From an uncultured Gammaproteobacteria bacterium (GTDB lineage: Bacteria; Pseudomonadota; Gammaproteobacteria; CAWCPV01), in contig CAWCPV010000009.1 in assembly GCA_963797555.1 (NCBI GenBank), forward strand, positions 128,001-192,000: a stretch of DNA of 64,000 nucleotides. Direction: 5' to 3'. Numbering within the stretch: the stretch's first letter is position 1; each line of letters starts with the position of its first letter. The notes beneath the pieces are model-generated. The model was not told the DNA's origin and did not search any database. It saw only the letters and a list, made by a program, of their open reading frames with translations. The position numbers and the translations under genes are program-made. Shown one piece after another: positions 1 to 11,566 of the stretch.

Positions 1-1050
1 ACGGCCGACAAGACGACGTTGAAGGAGTTCCTCGCGCGCATTGAGCGTCAGTACGGAAGAGCGCAGCGGATCTGGGTGATGGACCGCGGCATTCCGACCG
101 AAGCGGTGCTGGAAGAGATGCGCGCAAGTGACCCGCCAGTGCACTGACCTGGTGGGCACGCCCAAGGGGCGGCTCAGCAAATTGGAGAACGCGCTGCTGC
201 TCAAGCCGTGGCGGGAAGCGCGCCCCGGCGTAGCCGTGAAACTGTTGCCGCAGGAGTGGGGAGCTGTATGTGTACGCGCAAAGTGAACAGCGCGTGGCGA
301 AGGAGCGTGCGATACGACGGCGCAAGCTGAAGTGGTTGTGGGCGCGGTTGAAGAAACTCGCGACCATGCAACTCACCCGCGAGCAGCTGCTGATGAAGCT
401 CGGTGCGGCGCGCCAACACGGCCCAGCGGTATGGCGCTTGGTTCAACTGGAGGTCGACCCCAAGGACGCCACGTTTAGCTACCGCCTGCGCCGCGATAAG
501 CTGCGTGAAGTGCGCCGGCGCGAAGGACGGTATCTGCTGCGCACCAATCTCACCGACACCGATCCCGCCAAGCTATGGGGGTTTTACCTGCAACTGGTGG
601 CGGTGGAAGAAGCATTCAAGAATCTCAAGGGGGATTTGGCCATTCGGCCAATCTTTCATCAACACATCGAGCGTATCGAAGCCCATATCTTCATTGCCTT
701 TCTTGCCTATTGTCTGCATGTCACGCTCGGGCGACGTTTGCATGCGCTCGCGCCTGGATTAACCACGCGCAGCGTGCTGGAGAAATTCGCCGCCGTGCAG
801 ATGGTCGACGCACAGGTGCCGACCACCGATGGGCGCGAATTGACGTTCACCCGCTACACCCAACCTGAGCCAGAACTGCAACTGCTCCTAGCGCAGTTGA
901 AGCTCGAACTGCCCGCACCACCAGCTCCGAAAATCAGCACCGCCCACACTGCCTCAGCCGCCGCGATGTAGTGCAGACCTTGCCAGGCGCCCTCTCGCAA
1001 TTTCAACCACTTACGCTATCCCTACCCCGCGAATCCGCGAAGTCGGGCTA
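1..1050 (+). mobile_element. IS1634-family element, 3' part; frameshifted DDE transposase ending at 971
   Basis: WVMDRG motif at the window start, YLLRTNL, VEEAFKNLKGDLAIRPIFHQ and HIFIAFLAY; frameshifts near 146 and 260; right end ...GAAGTCGGGCTAG truncates the adjacent minus-strand gene. Confidence 0.85.
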
Positions 1051-1874
1051 GGACCGGCAGCGGTGCCAAGACATTCCGGTGCCGCAGCCCGATGGCGGTC
1101 ACGCCTTCCGGGCCATCGGGCGGGGCCTCGATCGCTGCGGCGATAAGCTGTTCGAGCTGCTTCGCCTGCTCGGGCTCGGTAACCGCAATCCGTTCGCCCC
1201 GGAGGCACAGCGCCGGATGTGTGTGGAGAATGGATTTCGCCAGGGGGTTGAGATACCGCACTCGGCCCGCGCTATCGAGCAGCACCAGTCCGATGACCAG
1301 GCGGTCGAGGCTCGCGTGGAGCACCTCGTCCCGCCGGCCGAGCCGCACGAACTGCTCATGGAGGCGAGAGCGCGCTGGAAGTGCGGGGCGAGCTGCGTGA
1401 GGAGATCCAGCTCGTCCGCGGCCCAGGGCCCTTGGCTGCGCCCCCGGTGGAGGGTGATGGCGGCGGTACAGGTGTCGTCCCGGAACAGGTGTACGCCAGC
1501 GACGTGGTAGTAGTCGTAGGGCTCCATGAACTCGGCGTAGAACTCGCCGCAGAGGCGTTCCAGCTCGGATCGGGAAGGCGCCAGGAGTGATCGGCCCAGG
1601 CCGCGCCGAGGGGCACGGCCTCCGCGCTCAGTCGGTAGAGGGGGTCGAGCCGCCGGTAGTACTCATGGTACGCCCTCTCCGCGTCCGGGGCGACGCCGTG
1701 GACGACGGTGAGGTCGGCTTGCGGGTTCTCCAGGTTGCGATAGACAAGCGCCGAAGAACGAGACCGCGTCAGCTCCGCCAGTCCTTTCAGGACATCCGCC
1801 CAGCGTTTTCGGTCCTGACTCGCCTTGCAGATGTTTCCCGCGAGATCGAGCACGGCCTTCGGTGACGGCTCCAT
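1050..1874 (-). pseudogene. GAF/PAS-LuxR-type transcriptional regulator, frameshifted, C-terminal HTH removed by IS1634
   Basis: Three consecutive frames join into one protein (MEPSPKAVLDL..W..VL..LAEL / EFYAEFMEPYDYY..LAPHFQRAL / LDRLVIGLVLLDSAGRVRYLN); the reading stops at the IS end. Confidence 0.75.
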
Positions 1875-2095
1875 GGCTTTTCTTCTGATGCTGGTTGTCG
1901 AGCCACGTGCTCCGGGAGCAAGCGGACGCGTCCGGATACCATGATGGATAGCGAAACGCATTGTTGCATCACCTGTTTGGGTGATAGCTCGCGGAGGTAA
2001 GCCCCGCCTCTGGCGGGCGACGCCCTGGCGTTTGATCTATACGGCAGGAATCGAAAGGGCAAGCCCTTCTATTCCCTCCTTCTTGACGGGCCATC

Positions 2096-2187
2096 AACGG
2101 GGAGGGCGAGGGCTGAGGGTGAACGGTGTGCCACCTGTCGACCTTTCACCCTCTTCCCAGCCTTCCCCCATCCAGGGGGAAGGGGAC
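2096..2187. repeat. REP-like palindromic repeat (GGGAGAGGG..AGGGTGA / TCACCC..CCC family)
   Basis: GGGGAGGGCGAGGGCTGAGGGTGA...TCACCCTCTTCCCAGCCTTCCCC inverted pair followed by a hairpin; a related copy lies at 11470-11510. Confidence 0.55.
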
Positions 2188-2241
2188 ATTGCCGCCTTGC
2201 GCGGCTCACCGTTTTATTAGGCGCCGTGGTCGGCACCTATC

Positions 2242-2272
2242 CAAACAGCCCCCGGCTCGGCGGGGCTGTTTG
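2242..2272. terminator. GC-rich hairpin, possible intrinsic terminator
   Basis: CAAACAGCCCC...GGGGCTGTTTG inverted repeat. Confidence 0.4.
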
Positions 2273-2481
2273 ATTGACTCAAAGCCGTGAACTCGCCCAT
2301 GTGCCTCGGGCCTCGGAGCCTCACGCCGCGCTGGCATGGCCGGGCCGGGTCCGCGCTGACCCGGCGGACCGGTTGGTCGGCCAAAGCGGGATTCCTGCAG
2401 GTAAAGGGATGTGCGAACCCGAACAACTCGTTAAACTGACGGTTGTTGTTTAACTCGCGGAGCGGAGTCCGGAGTCCGTCC

Positions 2482-2724
2482 ATGGTCATCGTCAAGACAC
2501 TCGCAAAGGGCCAGATAGTCATACCAGCCGCCGTGCGCCGGCAGCTCGGCATCGAGCCCGGCTCGGTGCTCGAGATGACCGTTGTGGAGAACCACTTGGA
2601 GCTGCGCCCGCTGCCGCGGGACCCGGTGGCGGCTTTCCGCGGCTCCCTGGCGAAGCGCCCGTCCCTCGCCGAGGCGCTGGTCGAGGAACACCGAGAAGAA
2701 GTCAAACGCGATGAAGGGCGTTAG
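2482..2724 (+). CDS. AbrB/MazE/SpoVT-family antitoxin (VapB-like)
   Basis: KGQIVIPAAVRRQLGIEPGSVL motif; overlaps the downstream PIN gene; AACAAC...GTTGTT inverted repeat upstream at ~2422-2450. Confidence 0.9.
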   Translation: MVIVKTLAKGQIVIPAAVRRQLGIEPGSVLEMTVVENHLELRPLPRDPVAAFRGSLAKRPSLAEALVEEHREEVKRDEGR

Positions 2725-3103
2725 GCGCTATGTGCTGGATGCCTGCGCCCTGCTGCGTCTCGCCCAGGACGAGGCGGGTGCGGACCGGGTTGCGGAGATC
2801 ATGCAAGAAGCCTCCAGTGGACAGTGCCACCTCCTGCTGCACGTCATCAATTTCGGTGAAGTGGTTTACCGGGTCGGGAAGGTATTCGGCTGGGAAACCG
2901 CCGAGCGAAAGCGAGGCGAGATGGCTCTCTTGCCGATGAGGGTGGTGGAGTTCGACGAAGATACCTTCTGGCAGGCGGTCCGACTCAAAGCCGAACACCC
3001 GCTTTCCTACGCTGACTGCTTCGCCGCGGCGCTTGCGCCGAGAGAAGGGGCAGCGGCTGAGTGCGCTGAAGGGAGACCGCAGCCGTCCAATGTTTCCTGC
3101 TGA
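2711..3103 (+). pseudogene. vapC: VapC/PIN-domain toxin, C-terminally truncated at ~3055
   Basis: YVLDACALL, INFGEV and LSYADCFAAALA motifs; the expected terminal T-x-D motif is missing and replaced by antisense of another gene fragment. Confidence 0.8.
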
Positions 3104-3479
3104 CCAGCTTTGCGGCGAGGTAATACCGATAGCCCGTCGCTTCTCGCAGCCAGTCATAGAACCAGTGGCGGTCCATCTCGCGGTCCGCCAGGTACTGGTA
3201 GTCGTAATGCCATTGCCGCTCCGGGTGAGTGAAGAAGCGCTCGGTCCGAGGACAGGAGGGCATGATCTCGATCGCGTAGGGCTGCAGCATCTCGTCAGGC
3301 ATCTCGTGCTTGACGAGGAAGAGACCTTGCCGCGTCGCGTTATCGATGAGTCCCATCAGGATGCCCGGGACTCCGCAGAACTCGCAGACCTGCTGCAGGG
3401 CGCTGGGCCAGAGAGAGCCATCCAGAGCGGCCTCGTACATCGAGCCGATGACATCGAGGAGCTTGTCGTCAGTCGCCAC
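3050..3479 (-). pseudogene. N-terminal fragment of a second GAF-LuxR-type regulator
   Basis: LLDVIGSMYEAALDGSLWPSALQQV N-terminus, typical of this family; breaks off after VSLQRTQ. Confidence 0.7.
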
Positions 3480-3488
3480 GCCGCGGTT

Positions 3489-3612
3489 CTCAGAGTTCTG
3501 AAGAAATCGTCGCGACGGCCCGAGAGCAAGGCGCACGGAGCGCAGCGACGAGACATATCAAGTAGATAGGCGAGGAGCGAGCACCGCGCAACGCCGCTAT
3601 CGGACGCGCGGT
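3489..3612. repeat. MITE-like repeat, short form (empty-site copy A)
   Basis: Near-identical to the reverse complement of both flanks of the 19926-20474 element. Confidence 0.85.
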
Positions 3613-3900
3613 TTCACTCCAGTCTGGTATCGGGGCGTGTCGATTTTGAACGTGGCCGGTGTCGTTGGCTTGCTTTGCACTACCCAACCGAGGTTGGTAT
3701 CCCCCGGACACCTTGCCCGCAGGCTTCATCAGACCAGCGCCCCCAAAGCGCGTCTCTTGTTCGAGGAATACCCGTGGACGCGCGTCTAGCGCGGGCTTCT
3801 CGCCTCGACCTTCGGCCTTCCATGGCTGGTCGCTGGCGCAGGGGAAGAGTAGTCCCGGTGCCCGGACCAGTCAACACCACTCATGGTTCGGGCGCGAGAC

Positions 3901-4768
3901 TCACTGCCCGCTCAGCCACCGGGCGGCGTTTGCGGCATAGGTCTTGATGTCGAAGAGGCGGGCAGGCTCACGCTGAAGGTCGTCTCCGACCGGGTCGGTG
4001 ACAAAGGTCGGGCACCCTCGCGAGGTATCCCAGTTATAGTCGGCGAAATGGTGGAAGCTCGAGTGGGCGAGGGCACGACCTTCGCCTGACGCGCCGCCAT
4101 CAAAGGCCACGAGGAGGTTAAACGTACGGCCGGTGACAGTGCTTTTCCCGGTCGCGATGACACGCGCGCGCTCGTCCGCCGGCGCACTGACCGCGCCTTC
4201 GTGCGGATGGGCGGGGAAGTCGCGAATCGCTGAGCCATCCGCGCGGCGCAAGACCGGGTGAAGCTCTCCCGCCGCCACGATTCTCCTGCACGTCGCCGTT
4301 CTCGCCCGAGTGGTAGTTGGGCCACGAGATGTTCGGGGCGCCGGTGTCGTCCACCTGGCAGCGCTCCGGGCTCTCCGGGTTCTTGGTGTGGAAGTGATGC
4401 GCTGCACCCACGCCCCCGAGCGTGCAGACGGAGGAGCCAAGGTCCTCGTGGTCTCGCGCGACCAGAAGGCCGCCGCCCGCCCTGCTAAACCGACTGATGG
4501 CGACGCAGTCATTCTCCGTCAGGCCGTCCCCGGTGTCGACGGCGAACAGCCACAGCTCGTCAATGTCCGAGCGATTGATGGTGGAGAGGACCGGGTCACC
4601 GCCGTCAGCGGACCTGTCGCGGGCGATGACCTCGTAGAGAGGAGCACCGCTCTGGTCCGTCAGCGACGCGAGGTGGTCTCGCAGGAGCGAGAAGCGTCCG
4701 ATGTGCCAGTCGTCGGGGGTCGTCGCAATGGTCGTCTGTAGGAGGATGCGGACGGCTCGCGGGGGCAT
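3901..4768 (-). CDS. Conserved hypothetical protein (possibly class-I GATase/ThuA-like fold), frameshift at ~4285
   Basis: ORFs 4118-4804 and 3901-4512 join by removing one G (..NYHSGENGDVQ|RIVAAGELHP..); His-rich motifs RDHEDLG, HPHEG and SSFHHF. Confidence 0.6.
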
Positions 4769-5089
4769 GCGTGTTTTCTCCTCACTTGGCCTAGAACTGC
4801 TCAATGGATGGCGTTTTCAGCTCCCTCGCTCTCGGTCGCTCCGCAGTTCCATCAGGCGTGTAGGCGTGCACCTTAGGTGGCAATGTCAGAGGATACAGGA
4901 TAGGAAATTGAACCGACTCAGAGTAGCGAAAGGGTAGTCCTGGGGCGCAGTACCAGTCAACACCAGGTGAGGTTTGTGGCGATGTCGGCGCAGTGGGGCA
5001 GGTCCTCGGGGCGAATCTGACTGCCCGAGGCTGGCCGGACCGAGCCAAAAGGTGGCTTGGGGGATGAATTCAGGGAGTTTCCTGGCGAG

Positions 5090-5240
5090 CTGCGCGAACG
5101 GAGCAGCGACCGAATGGCAGGATAGCCATTCGGCACGTCCGCAGGACGCCCGAAGGGGTGGCGTACAGGGAGGTACGCCATGACCACCGTGCAACGCCGC
5201 CGTACCGGGACGCGCGCTCGGTCTGTTGAGAGGGCTCTCA
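5090..5240. repeat. MITE-like repeat, partial copy C carrying the internal hairpin module
   Basis: CCGAATGGCAGGATAGCCATTCGG...GGCGTACAGGGAGGTACGCCATGACCACC matches the reverse complement of ~19970-20055. Confidence 0.8.
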
Positions 5241-7710
5241 GCTCTGCCACTCAAGGGCCCAGATGCGTACCAGGCCGTCGCGTCCCCCGGAGGCGACGTG
5301 GCGCATGTCCCGCGAGACGGACACCGAGTGGACCCAGCCGTCATGCCGACCCAACGTACGCAGACACTGTCCTGTGACCAAATCCCAGAGGCGCACCGTG
5401 CCGTCGTTGCTGCCGGAGACGGCATACTGCGCGTCGGTGCTCCAAGCGATGCCGGTGACCGCGTCGTCGTGGGCCTCCAAACTGAGCAGGCAGCGCCCGG
5501 TTTGGACGTCCCAGAGCTTGAGCGTGGTGTCGTCACTGCCGGATAGTGCTGTCTGCCCGTCACGCGCAAGGCATACCGCGGTCACGCTGAGGGCGTGGCC
5601 CTCGAAGGTGCGAATGCAGTCCCCGCCCCTCAGATCCCAGAGCTTCAAGGTCCGGTCACCGCTGCCGGAGAGCACATAACGGTCCTCCCGGGAGACCCAT
5701 ACCGAGCGGATGCGGTCTTCATGGCCGACCAAAGTGCGGACGCCCTGCGCGCCGGACACGTCCCACACGCGCACCACGGGCTTGCGCCCCCCGGAGACCG
5801 CAAAGCGTCCGCTGCCACCGATGTGCACCGCGGCCACATCGTCAGGATGCCCGGTGAGAATGCTCAAGCACTGCCTGGTCACTACCTGCCACAGACGCAA
5901 GGTCCTGTCGTTGCTTCCGGAGAGGGCCCGGCCGCCGTCGCGAGTCAGAGCGAGGGTGTTGACGCCGAGGCTGTGTCCTTCGAAAACGCCCACCGCTTGG
6001 CCGGTGGCAATGTTCCAAAGGCGCAAGGTGCCGTCGTTGCTCCCCGACAGCACGTGCTGCCCGCCCGGTGTGATCGCGACGGCGTTGACCCAGCTCCCGT
6101 GTCCCTCGCACGCGGCGGTCTGTCGGACGGCCACGAAGCGCTTGCGCGGCAACGCTTGGGGCGAGGTGGCTCGCTTCGCGCCGAGCGCCCCTTTGGGCCG
6201 CGTTGCAGCGCGGTCCGCCTTCGGGGGCGGCGTCGGGATGACCTTATGTCGTGAAGCAGCAAGGGGCGCCGTGTAGGGCTCCTGACCGGTGTCCAGTTGC
6301 CACCACCGCAGGGTCCCGTCTCCCCCGGCGGACAAGGCGCACCTCCCGTCCGCGGTGAGCTGCACCGAGGCGACGCCCGCCCCGTGTCCCTCGAATGTGC
6401 GGGTGCATCGTCCGGACTCGACGTCCCATAGCTTCAGAGTACGATCCCAGCTTGCGGACACCGCACGCCGGCCGTCCCGGTCCAGGCGTACCGCTTGTAC
6501 CCAGCTCTGGTGCCCCCTCAGTACGCGCAGGCAGCGTGCGGTCGCCAGCTCCCAGACGCGCACCGTGTTGTCGTCACCGCAGGACGCCGCACGGCTCTCG
6601 TCCGCGGAGAGCGCCACGTCGAGGACCAGATTGCTGTGACCGGCGAAACCGGGGAGCGAAGTGCCGTCGACCACGTCCCATAGGCGGATGGTGCCGTCCC
6701 AGCTCGACGACAGCGCGTGGCGACCGTCACGAAACAGACGCACGGCTGTGACCGCGAGGTCGTGGCCCTTCAGGATGCGCAGGCACTCGCCGGTTGCGAC
6801 GTTCCCACAGTCTCATGGTGCGGTCATCGCTCCCGGAGAGGGCGTGTCGCCCGTCGCCGCTGAGGACCGCCGAGGCGACCAAGTCGCCATGCCCGGTCAG
6901 GGTCCGCAACAGTTGACCGCTGCCGTGGTCCCAGAGCTTGAGGGTGAGGTCGGTTCCAGCGGACAGGATCAGTCGATTTGCGCCGTCCACGGAGACGGTG
7001 AGCACGCTGCCGTGATGGGCCTGGAGCATGCGGTCGCACTCGCCTTTCGGAAGGCTCCATAGGCGCAGAATCCCGTCGTCGCCTCCGGACACCGCTGTCC
7101 GTGCGTCCCCCGCCAGGGCGAGCGCATTGACGGGTGTCCCCGACTCCCCGAAGCTGTGGAGTAGTCGCCGCGATTCAGGCAGGCGGGTCCGGGCGAAGTC
7201 CAATGCTTCCTCTAGTGCCTGACCTACCGCTCCGCCGGTCGCCGCAGCCTGCAGGGCGCTGGCCGCGCCCTGGCAGTCGTCCCGTTCCAAATGGGCGAGC
7301 CCAAGGAGGTAGCTGCTGGTCCAGTCGGGGTGGTTGGCCTCCACGGCTTCCCGCAGGTCGCGGATGAGTGCGGCATCATCGGCGCGTGCGTTTCGCCATT
7401 GCGCCAGACCGAGGTTGTATACCGCCTCGGGATGGTGCGGGAAGTGCTCCAACGCGTCTTTCCAAAGCGCGATGGCGGCATCGAGGTGGCTCTTCTGGAA
7501 CAGCGCTACGGCACGGTCGTTCAATTGGTCCGCAGCGGCCAGGCCCTGCGATGTTCTGGCCGGGGGTGACTTAGGAGGCAATGGAGAAGCTCGCGGTTGG
7601 AGAACGAGGACGGTGTCGCGAACGCGAAGGGTAGAGAGGGTAGCTGAGGGCCCGCCCCCTGTCGAGGGGCGGAGGCCGCTGCTTCCGCCTCGACATCCTT
7701 GCTCCCACAA
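5238..7710 (-). CDS. TPR plus multi-WD40-repeat protein, frameshift at ~6800; start uncertain
   Basis: About 14 GH...WD repeats in two blocks separated by a Pro/Ala linker; TPR-like PHHPEAVYNLGL segment; removing one base restores LWDVATGECL. Confidence 0.85.
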
Positions 7711-7764
7711 TCGAAGGGGTACTGGTACGCGCAGAATCCGGCTGCGCGATGGGCTCGCGGGCCG

Positions 7765-7932
7765 TCAGCGCCACTTCCGCAAGGCTTGACCGATGAGGTC
7801 GATGAGGAACAGGACTACGAACAACAGAAACAGGATCTTCGCGATGTCGATCGCTGCGGACGCTGTGCCGGCAAATCCGAGAACTGCTGCCACGACCGCC
7901 AGGACGAGAAAGAGGAAAGCCCAGCTCAACAT
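7765..7932 (-). CDS. DUF1328 (YtjA/UPF0391) small membrane protein, 55 aa; not in the ORF track
   Basis: Manual translation [55 protein letters not shown]. Confidence 0.9.
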   Translation of the reverse strand: MLSWAFLFLVLAVVAAVLGFAGTASAAIDIAKILFLLFVVLFLIDLIGQALRKWR

Positions 7933-8081
7933 CGGAGGGTCCCGCGAGCTTTCACGGGAGCCGATCCCCGCCGGGCACTGTCCGGGCTGCTGCGAATGAG
8001 CCTATGATCGCCGCCGAGCATCGATTGAGACATCTCAAGAGTAAACCGACTCCTGGCTGCCGGTACAAGTCCCGCGTGCAG

Positions 8082-9134
8082 ATGCACGATACGCTGCTGC
8101 CGTCGCGACGGGGGCGAAGGGTCCTGCGGCGGCTGCTCACAGGCGCGCTCGCGGCGATGGCACTGACCGGCTGCGCCGGCGCCCCTCCGCGCACCAACCA
8201 GTCGGCGGCGCCGCCACGGCTCATGCGGGATTGGGTAATCACCAGCGACGGTTACCGGCTGCCGCTCTCCACCTGGCTGCCTGCCGGTCGGGACCCAGAC
8301 GCCGTCCTGGTCGCTCTGCACGGCTTCAATGACTACCGCCGCTCGTTCGCTGGCCTCGCCGGGTACCTGGCCGCACAGGGGGTCGCCGTGTATGCGTACG
8401 ATCAGCGGGGGTTCGGCGCCACGCGTCGCCCAGGACATTGGGCGGGCAAGGATGCCCTCGAGCGGGATTTCGTCGAGGTGGTGACGCTGCTGCGGGAACG
8501 CTACCCGGAGATACCGCTGTATGCGTTGGGCGACAGCATGGGCGCGCCTGTCACGATGGTCGCTCTCGTACGCGAGCCGCAGTTGCCCGTAAAGGGGGCG
8601 GTGCTGGTGGCACCAGCCGTGTGGGGCGGCCAGAGCCTGAATCCGATCTACCGCGCCGTCCTGTGGCTGGGAGCGCACACCGTGCCGCGGCTGAGGGTGA
8701 GCGGGCGCGGGCTGAAGCTAATGGTTACGGACAACGAGGACGTCCTCAAGGAGATGCGGGCGGACCCCCTGGTCCTGAAGCAAGCCCGTCTGGATGCCCT
8801 GTACGGTGTCGTGCAGCTCATGGACCAGGCCGTGGACACCACGCCCCGGCTGCGCACGCCGCTTCTGATCCTCTACGGCGAACGGGACCAAGTCATTCCG
8901 AAGAAGGCCGTGTGCCGGACGCTGGGGCGCCTGCAGGTGTCCCATCGGGACTTGTTCTACGGACGGGGCTACCACTTGCTGCTGCGTGACCGTGCGGCGC
9001 CGCTCGTTTGGCGGGACATCGCGGCCTGGCTTCACGGAAAGCAGCCGCGCAACGGCGGGCCGCCGGATTGCGGCCAGGAGGGCGCCCCTCGCCTTCGGGC
9101 CGCTCGCGACCATTTCCACCGACGCGGAGCCTAA
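8082..9134 (+). CDS. Alpha/beta hydrolase (lysophospholipase/monoglyceride-lipase-like), probable lipoprotein
   Basis: LHGFNDY, YDQRGFG, nucleophile GDSMG, GERDQVIP and YHLLLRD motifs; lipobox LTGC. Confidence 0.9.
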   Translation: MHDTLLPSRRGRRVLRRLLTGALAAMALTGCAGAPPRTNQSAAPPRLMRDWVITSDGYRLPLSTWLPAGRDPDAVLVALHGFNDYRRSFAGLAGYLAAQGVAVYAYDQRGFGATRRPGHWAGKDALERDFVEVVTLLRERYPEIPLYALGDSMGAPVTMVALVREPQLPVKGAVLVAPAVWGGQSLNPIYRAVLWLGAHTVPRLRVSGRGLKLMVTDNEDVLKEMRADPLVLKQARLDALYGVVQLMDQAVDTTPRLRTPLLILYGERDQVIPKKAVCRTLGRLQVSHRDLFYGRGYHLLLRDRAAPLVWRDIAAWLHGKQPRNGGPPDCGQEGAPRLRAARDHFHRRGA

Positions 9135-9964
9135 GGGCTCCGGGCCAGACCAGCCACATACGCGGCCAGACCCTCCTGCCAGGGAGGCAGCGAGATCTCG
9201 GGATCTTGCAGTGTCGTGAGGACACTGTAGCGCGGTCGTCGCGCGGGCCGGGGGAACGCGGCGGTGGGGACGGGGACCACGGGGGTCCTGATCCCGAGGC
9301 ACTCGTACAGGCTTCGCGCCACTTCGAACCAGCTCGCCTCCCCGCGCCCCGCCAAGTGATACGTGCCGTAGGCGCCGGTATCGATGAGCTCTGCGATGGC
9401 CTGCGCCAGGTGAGGTGCGTAGGTGGGTGAGCCGTACTGGTCGCTGACCACCCGCACCTCGGGTTGCTCGGCCAGGCCGCGGATCGCGTTGAGGAAGCTT
9501 CGACCGTCGACGTGGTACAGCCAGGCGGTGCGCACCACATAGTGACGTGGGTTGATCTCCCGAACCTCCAACTCGCCGGCGAGCTTGCTGGCGCCGTAGA
9601 CGGAGGTGGGGTTGGGCCGGTCGAACTCGTGATATGGCCTCGAAGCGGTGCCGTCGAACACGTAGTCGGTGGACACCTGCAGCACGGGGATCCGCTGCTC
9701 CGCGGTGGCCACGGCGCAATTGCGGGGGCCCCGGGCGTTGACGACATACGCCGTCTCCGCCTGGGTCTCGGCGTCGTCCACGCGCGTGAAGGCCGCCGCG
9801 TTGATGACCAGATCCGGACGGTGGTGCCGCACCGCGGCGCGCACGCCCTCCAGGCCGGTGACATCCAGCTTGCCGTGGTCCAAGGCGATCACGCTGTGCC
9901 GCACCAAGGCCTCGCCCAGCGCGCGGCCAAGTTGGCCGCCGGCCCCTGCCAGCAGGATCTTCAT
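9131..9964 (-). CDS. rmlD: dTDP-4-dehydrorhamnose reductase
   Basis: [24 protein letters not shown] and DQYGSPT motifs. Confidence 0.95.
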   Translation of the reverse strand: MKILLAGAGGQLGRALGEALVRHSVIALDHGKLDVTGLEGVRAAVRHHRPDLVINAAAFTRVDDAETQAETAYVVNARGPRNCAVATAEQRIPVLQVSTDYVFDGTASRPYHEFDRPNPTSVYGASKLAGELEVREINPRHYVVRTAWLYHVDGRSFLNAIRGLAEQPEVRVVSDQYGSPTYAPHLAQAIAELIDTGAYGTYHLAGRGEASWFEVARSLYECLGIRTPVVPVPTAAFPRPARRPRYSVLTTLQDPEISLPPWQEGLAAYVAGLARSP

Positions 9965-10525
9965 GCGCCTCGGTCCTCGAAGGAAGGCAGGCGGTCCATC
10001 AGGTCGCGCAGGCGCGGCGCGGCGCGGTCCTTCTCGGACAGGAGAGGCGTCGCAACAGGCCAGCGAATGGCCAGTTCGGGGTCGTTCCAAAGCACGGTCA
10101 GCTCGTCAGCCGGGTCGTAGTACGCCGTGCACTTGTATTCCACGTGGGCGTACCGGCTGAGGACGCAGAAGCCGTGGGCAAATCCGGGCGGAATGTAGCA
10201 CTGGCGGAGGTTCTCGCCGGACAGGGTGACGCCTACCCAGCGCGCGAGGCTCGGTGAGCCCTTGCGGATGTCGACCGCCACGTCGAAGATCTCTCCCTCC
10301 ACTACCCGTAGCAGCTTGCCCTGCGGTCGGCGGGTCTGGGCGTGCAGACCCCGCAAGGTGCGCTGCACCGACATCGAATGGTTGTCCTGGACGAAAGTCG
10401 CGAAGATACCGCCGACGCGGTATTTCTCGGCGTGGTGGGTCTCCAGGAAGAAGCCACGGGGGTCGCGGTAGACGTTCTGGCTCGATCACCACGACCTCGG
10501 GCAGTTCGGTGGGCAGGAATCTCAT
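9961..10525 (-). CDS. rmlC: dTDP-4-dehydrorhamnose 3,5-epimerase, apparent frameshift at ~10474
   Basis: [25 protein letters not shown] and PGFAHGF motifs; one extra base splits the frame. Confidence 0.9.
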
Positions 10526-11396
10526 TGCTCTTCCTGGATGACCTGCAGCAGGTATCTGCCGTAGCCGTTTCCCTGCATGCTGTGGGCCAGGCGCGCGACG
10601 TTCCGTCGTGCTGATGTAGCCCATGCTGTAGGCGATCTCCTCGACGCAGGCCACCTTGAGACCTTGGCGCTCCTCGATGACTTGAATGAAGTGCGAGGCT
10701 TGCAGCAGCGCCTCGTGGGTGCCCGTGTCGAGCCAGGCGATGCCGCGTCCCAGCTTCTCCACGCGGAGCGAGCCTGCCCGCAGGTACGCCAAGTTGACCT
10801 CGGTGATCTCCCAGCTCGCCCCGAGAAGAAGGCCGCAGGTCGGCGGCGATGTCCAGGACGTCGTTGTCGTAAAAATAGAGCCCAGTGACGGCGTATGGCG
10901 AGCGGGGCCGGCTTGGCTTCTCTTCGAGCCCAGTGGCGCGGCCCTCCGCGTCGAGCTCGACCACTCCATAGCGCTGCGGGTCGCGAACCCGGTAGGCGAA
11001 GATGGTGGCGCCGCGGGTGCGGCCCGCCGCTCTGGTCAGCGACTCCGGGAAACCGTGGCCGTAGAAAATGTTGTCGCCGAGGGCCAACGCAACTCCGCCG
11101 CTGCCCACGAACTGTCTGCCGATGACGAAGGCCTGTGCGATGCCCTCGGGGTGGGCCTGGGAAGCATACTCGATCCTCACTCCCAGGTGCCTGCCGTCGC
11201 CGAGCAGGCGCCGGAAACTCTCCTGGTCGTGGGGTGTGGTGATCACCAGGATTTCCCTGATCCCAGCCAACATGAGGGTGGACAGCGGGTAATAAATCAT
11301 GGGCTTGTCATAGACTGGCATGAGCTGTTTGCTCACCCCTAAAGTGAGCGGATACAGCCGCGTGCCTGACCCGCCGGCGAGGAGGATGCCTTTCAT
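10522..11396 (-). CDS. rmlA: Glucose-1-phosphate thymidylyltransferase, two apparent frameshifts (~10812, ~10600)
   Basis: [29 protein letters not shown] and AWLDTGT motifs. Confidence 0.9.
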
Positions 11397-11469
11397 CGGG
11401 ATGGGTGAGCCGCGAAGCGTGCTCCGTGACTCGCGATTAGCGTGAAAGTGCGCCGAAGGCGCCACAGAA

Positions 11470-11510
11470 TCCCCCTCGCCCGCTGGCGGGAGAGGGCTAG
11501 GGGTGAGGGA
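11470..11510. repeat. REP-like palindromic repeat between rmlB and rmlA
   Basis: CCCTCGCCCGCTGGCGGGAGAGGGCTAGGGGTGAGGG, same family as 2096-2187. Confidence 0.55.
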
Positions 11511-11566
11511 CCGGTCACGGCGTGCGCGCTTTCATGGTCTGGGGCGGCGAAACTCGCCATGACCGG

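Noticed and set aside
5238-7200. Periodic DNA similarity suggesting a repeat array or DGR
   Set aside because: Explained by WD40 coding repeats; there is no reverse transcriptase and no adenine-specific TR/VR pair.
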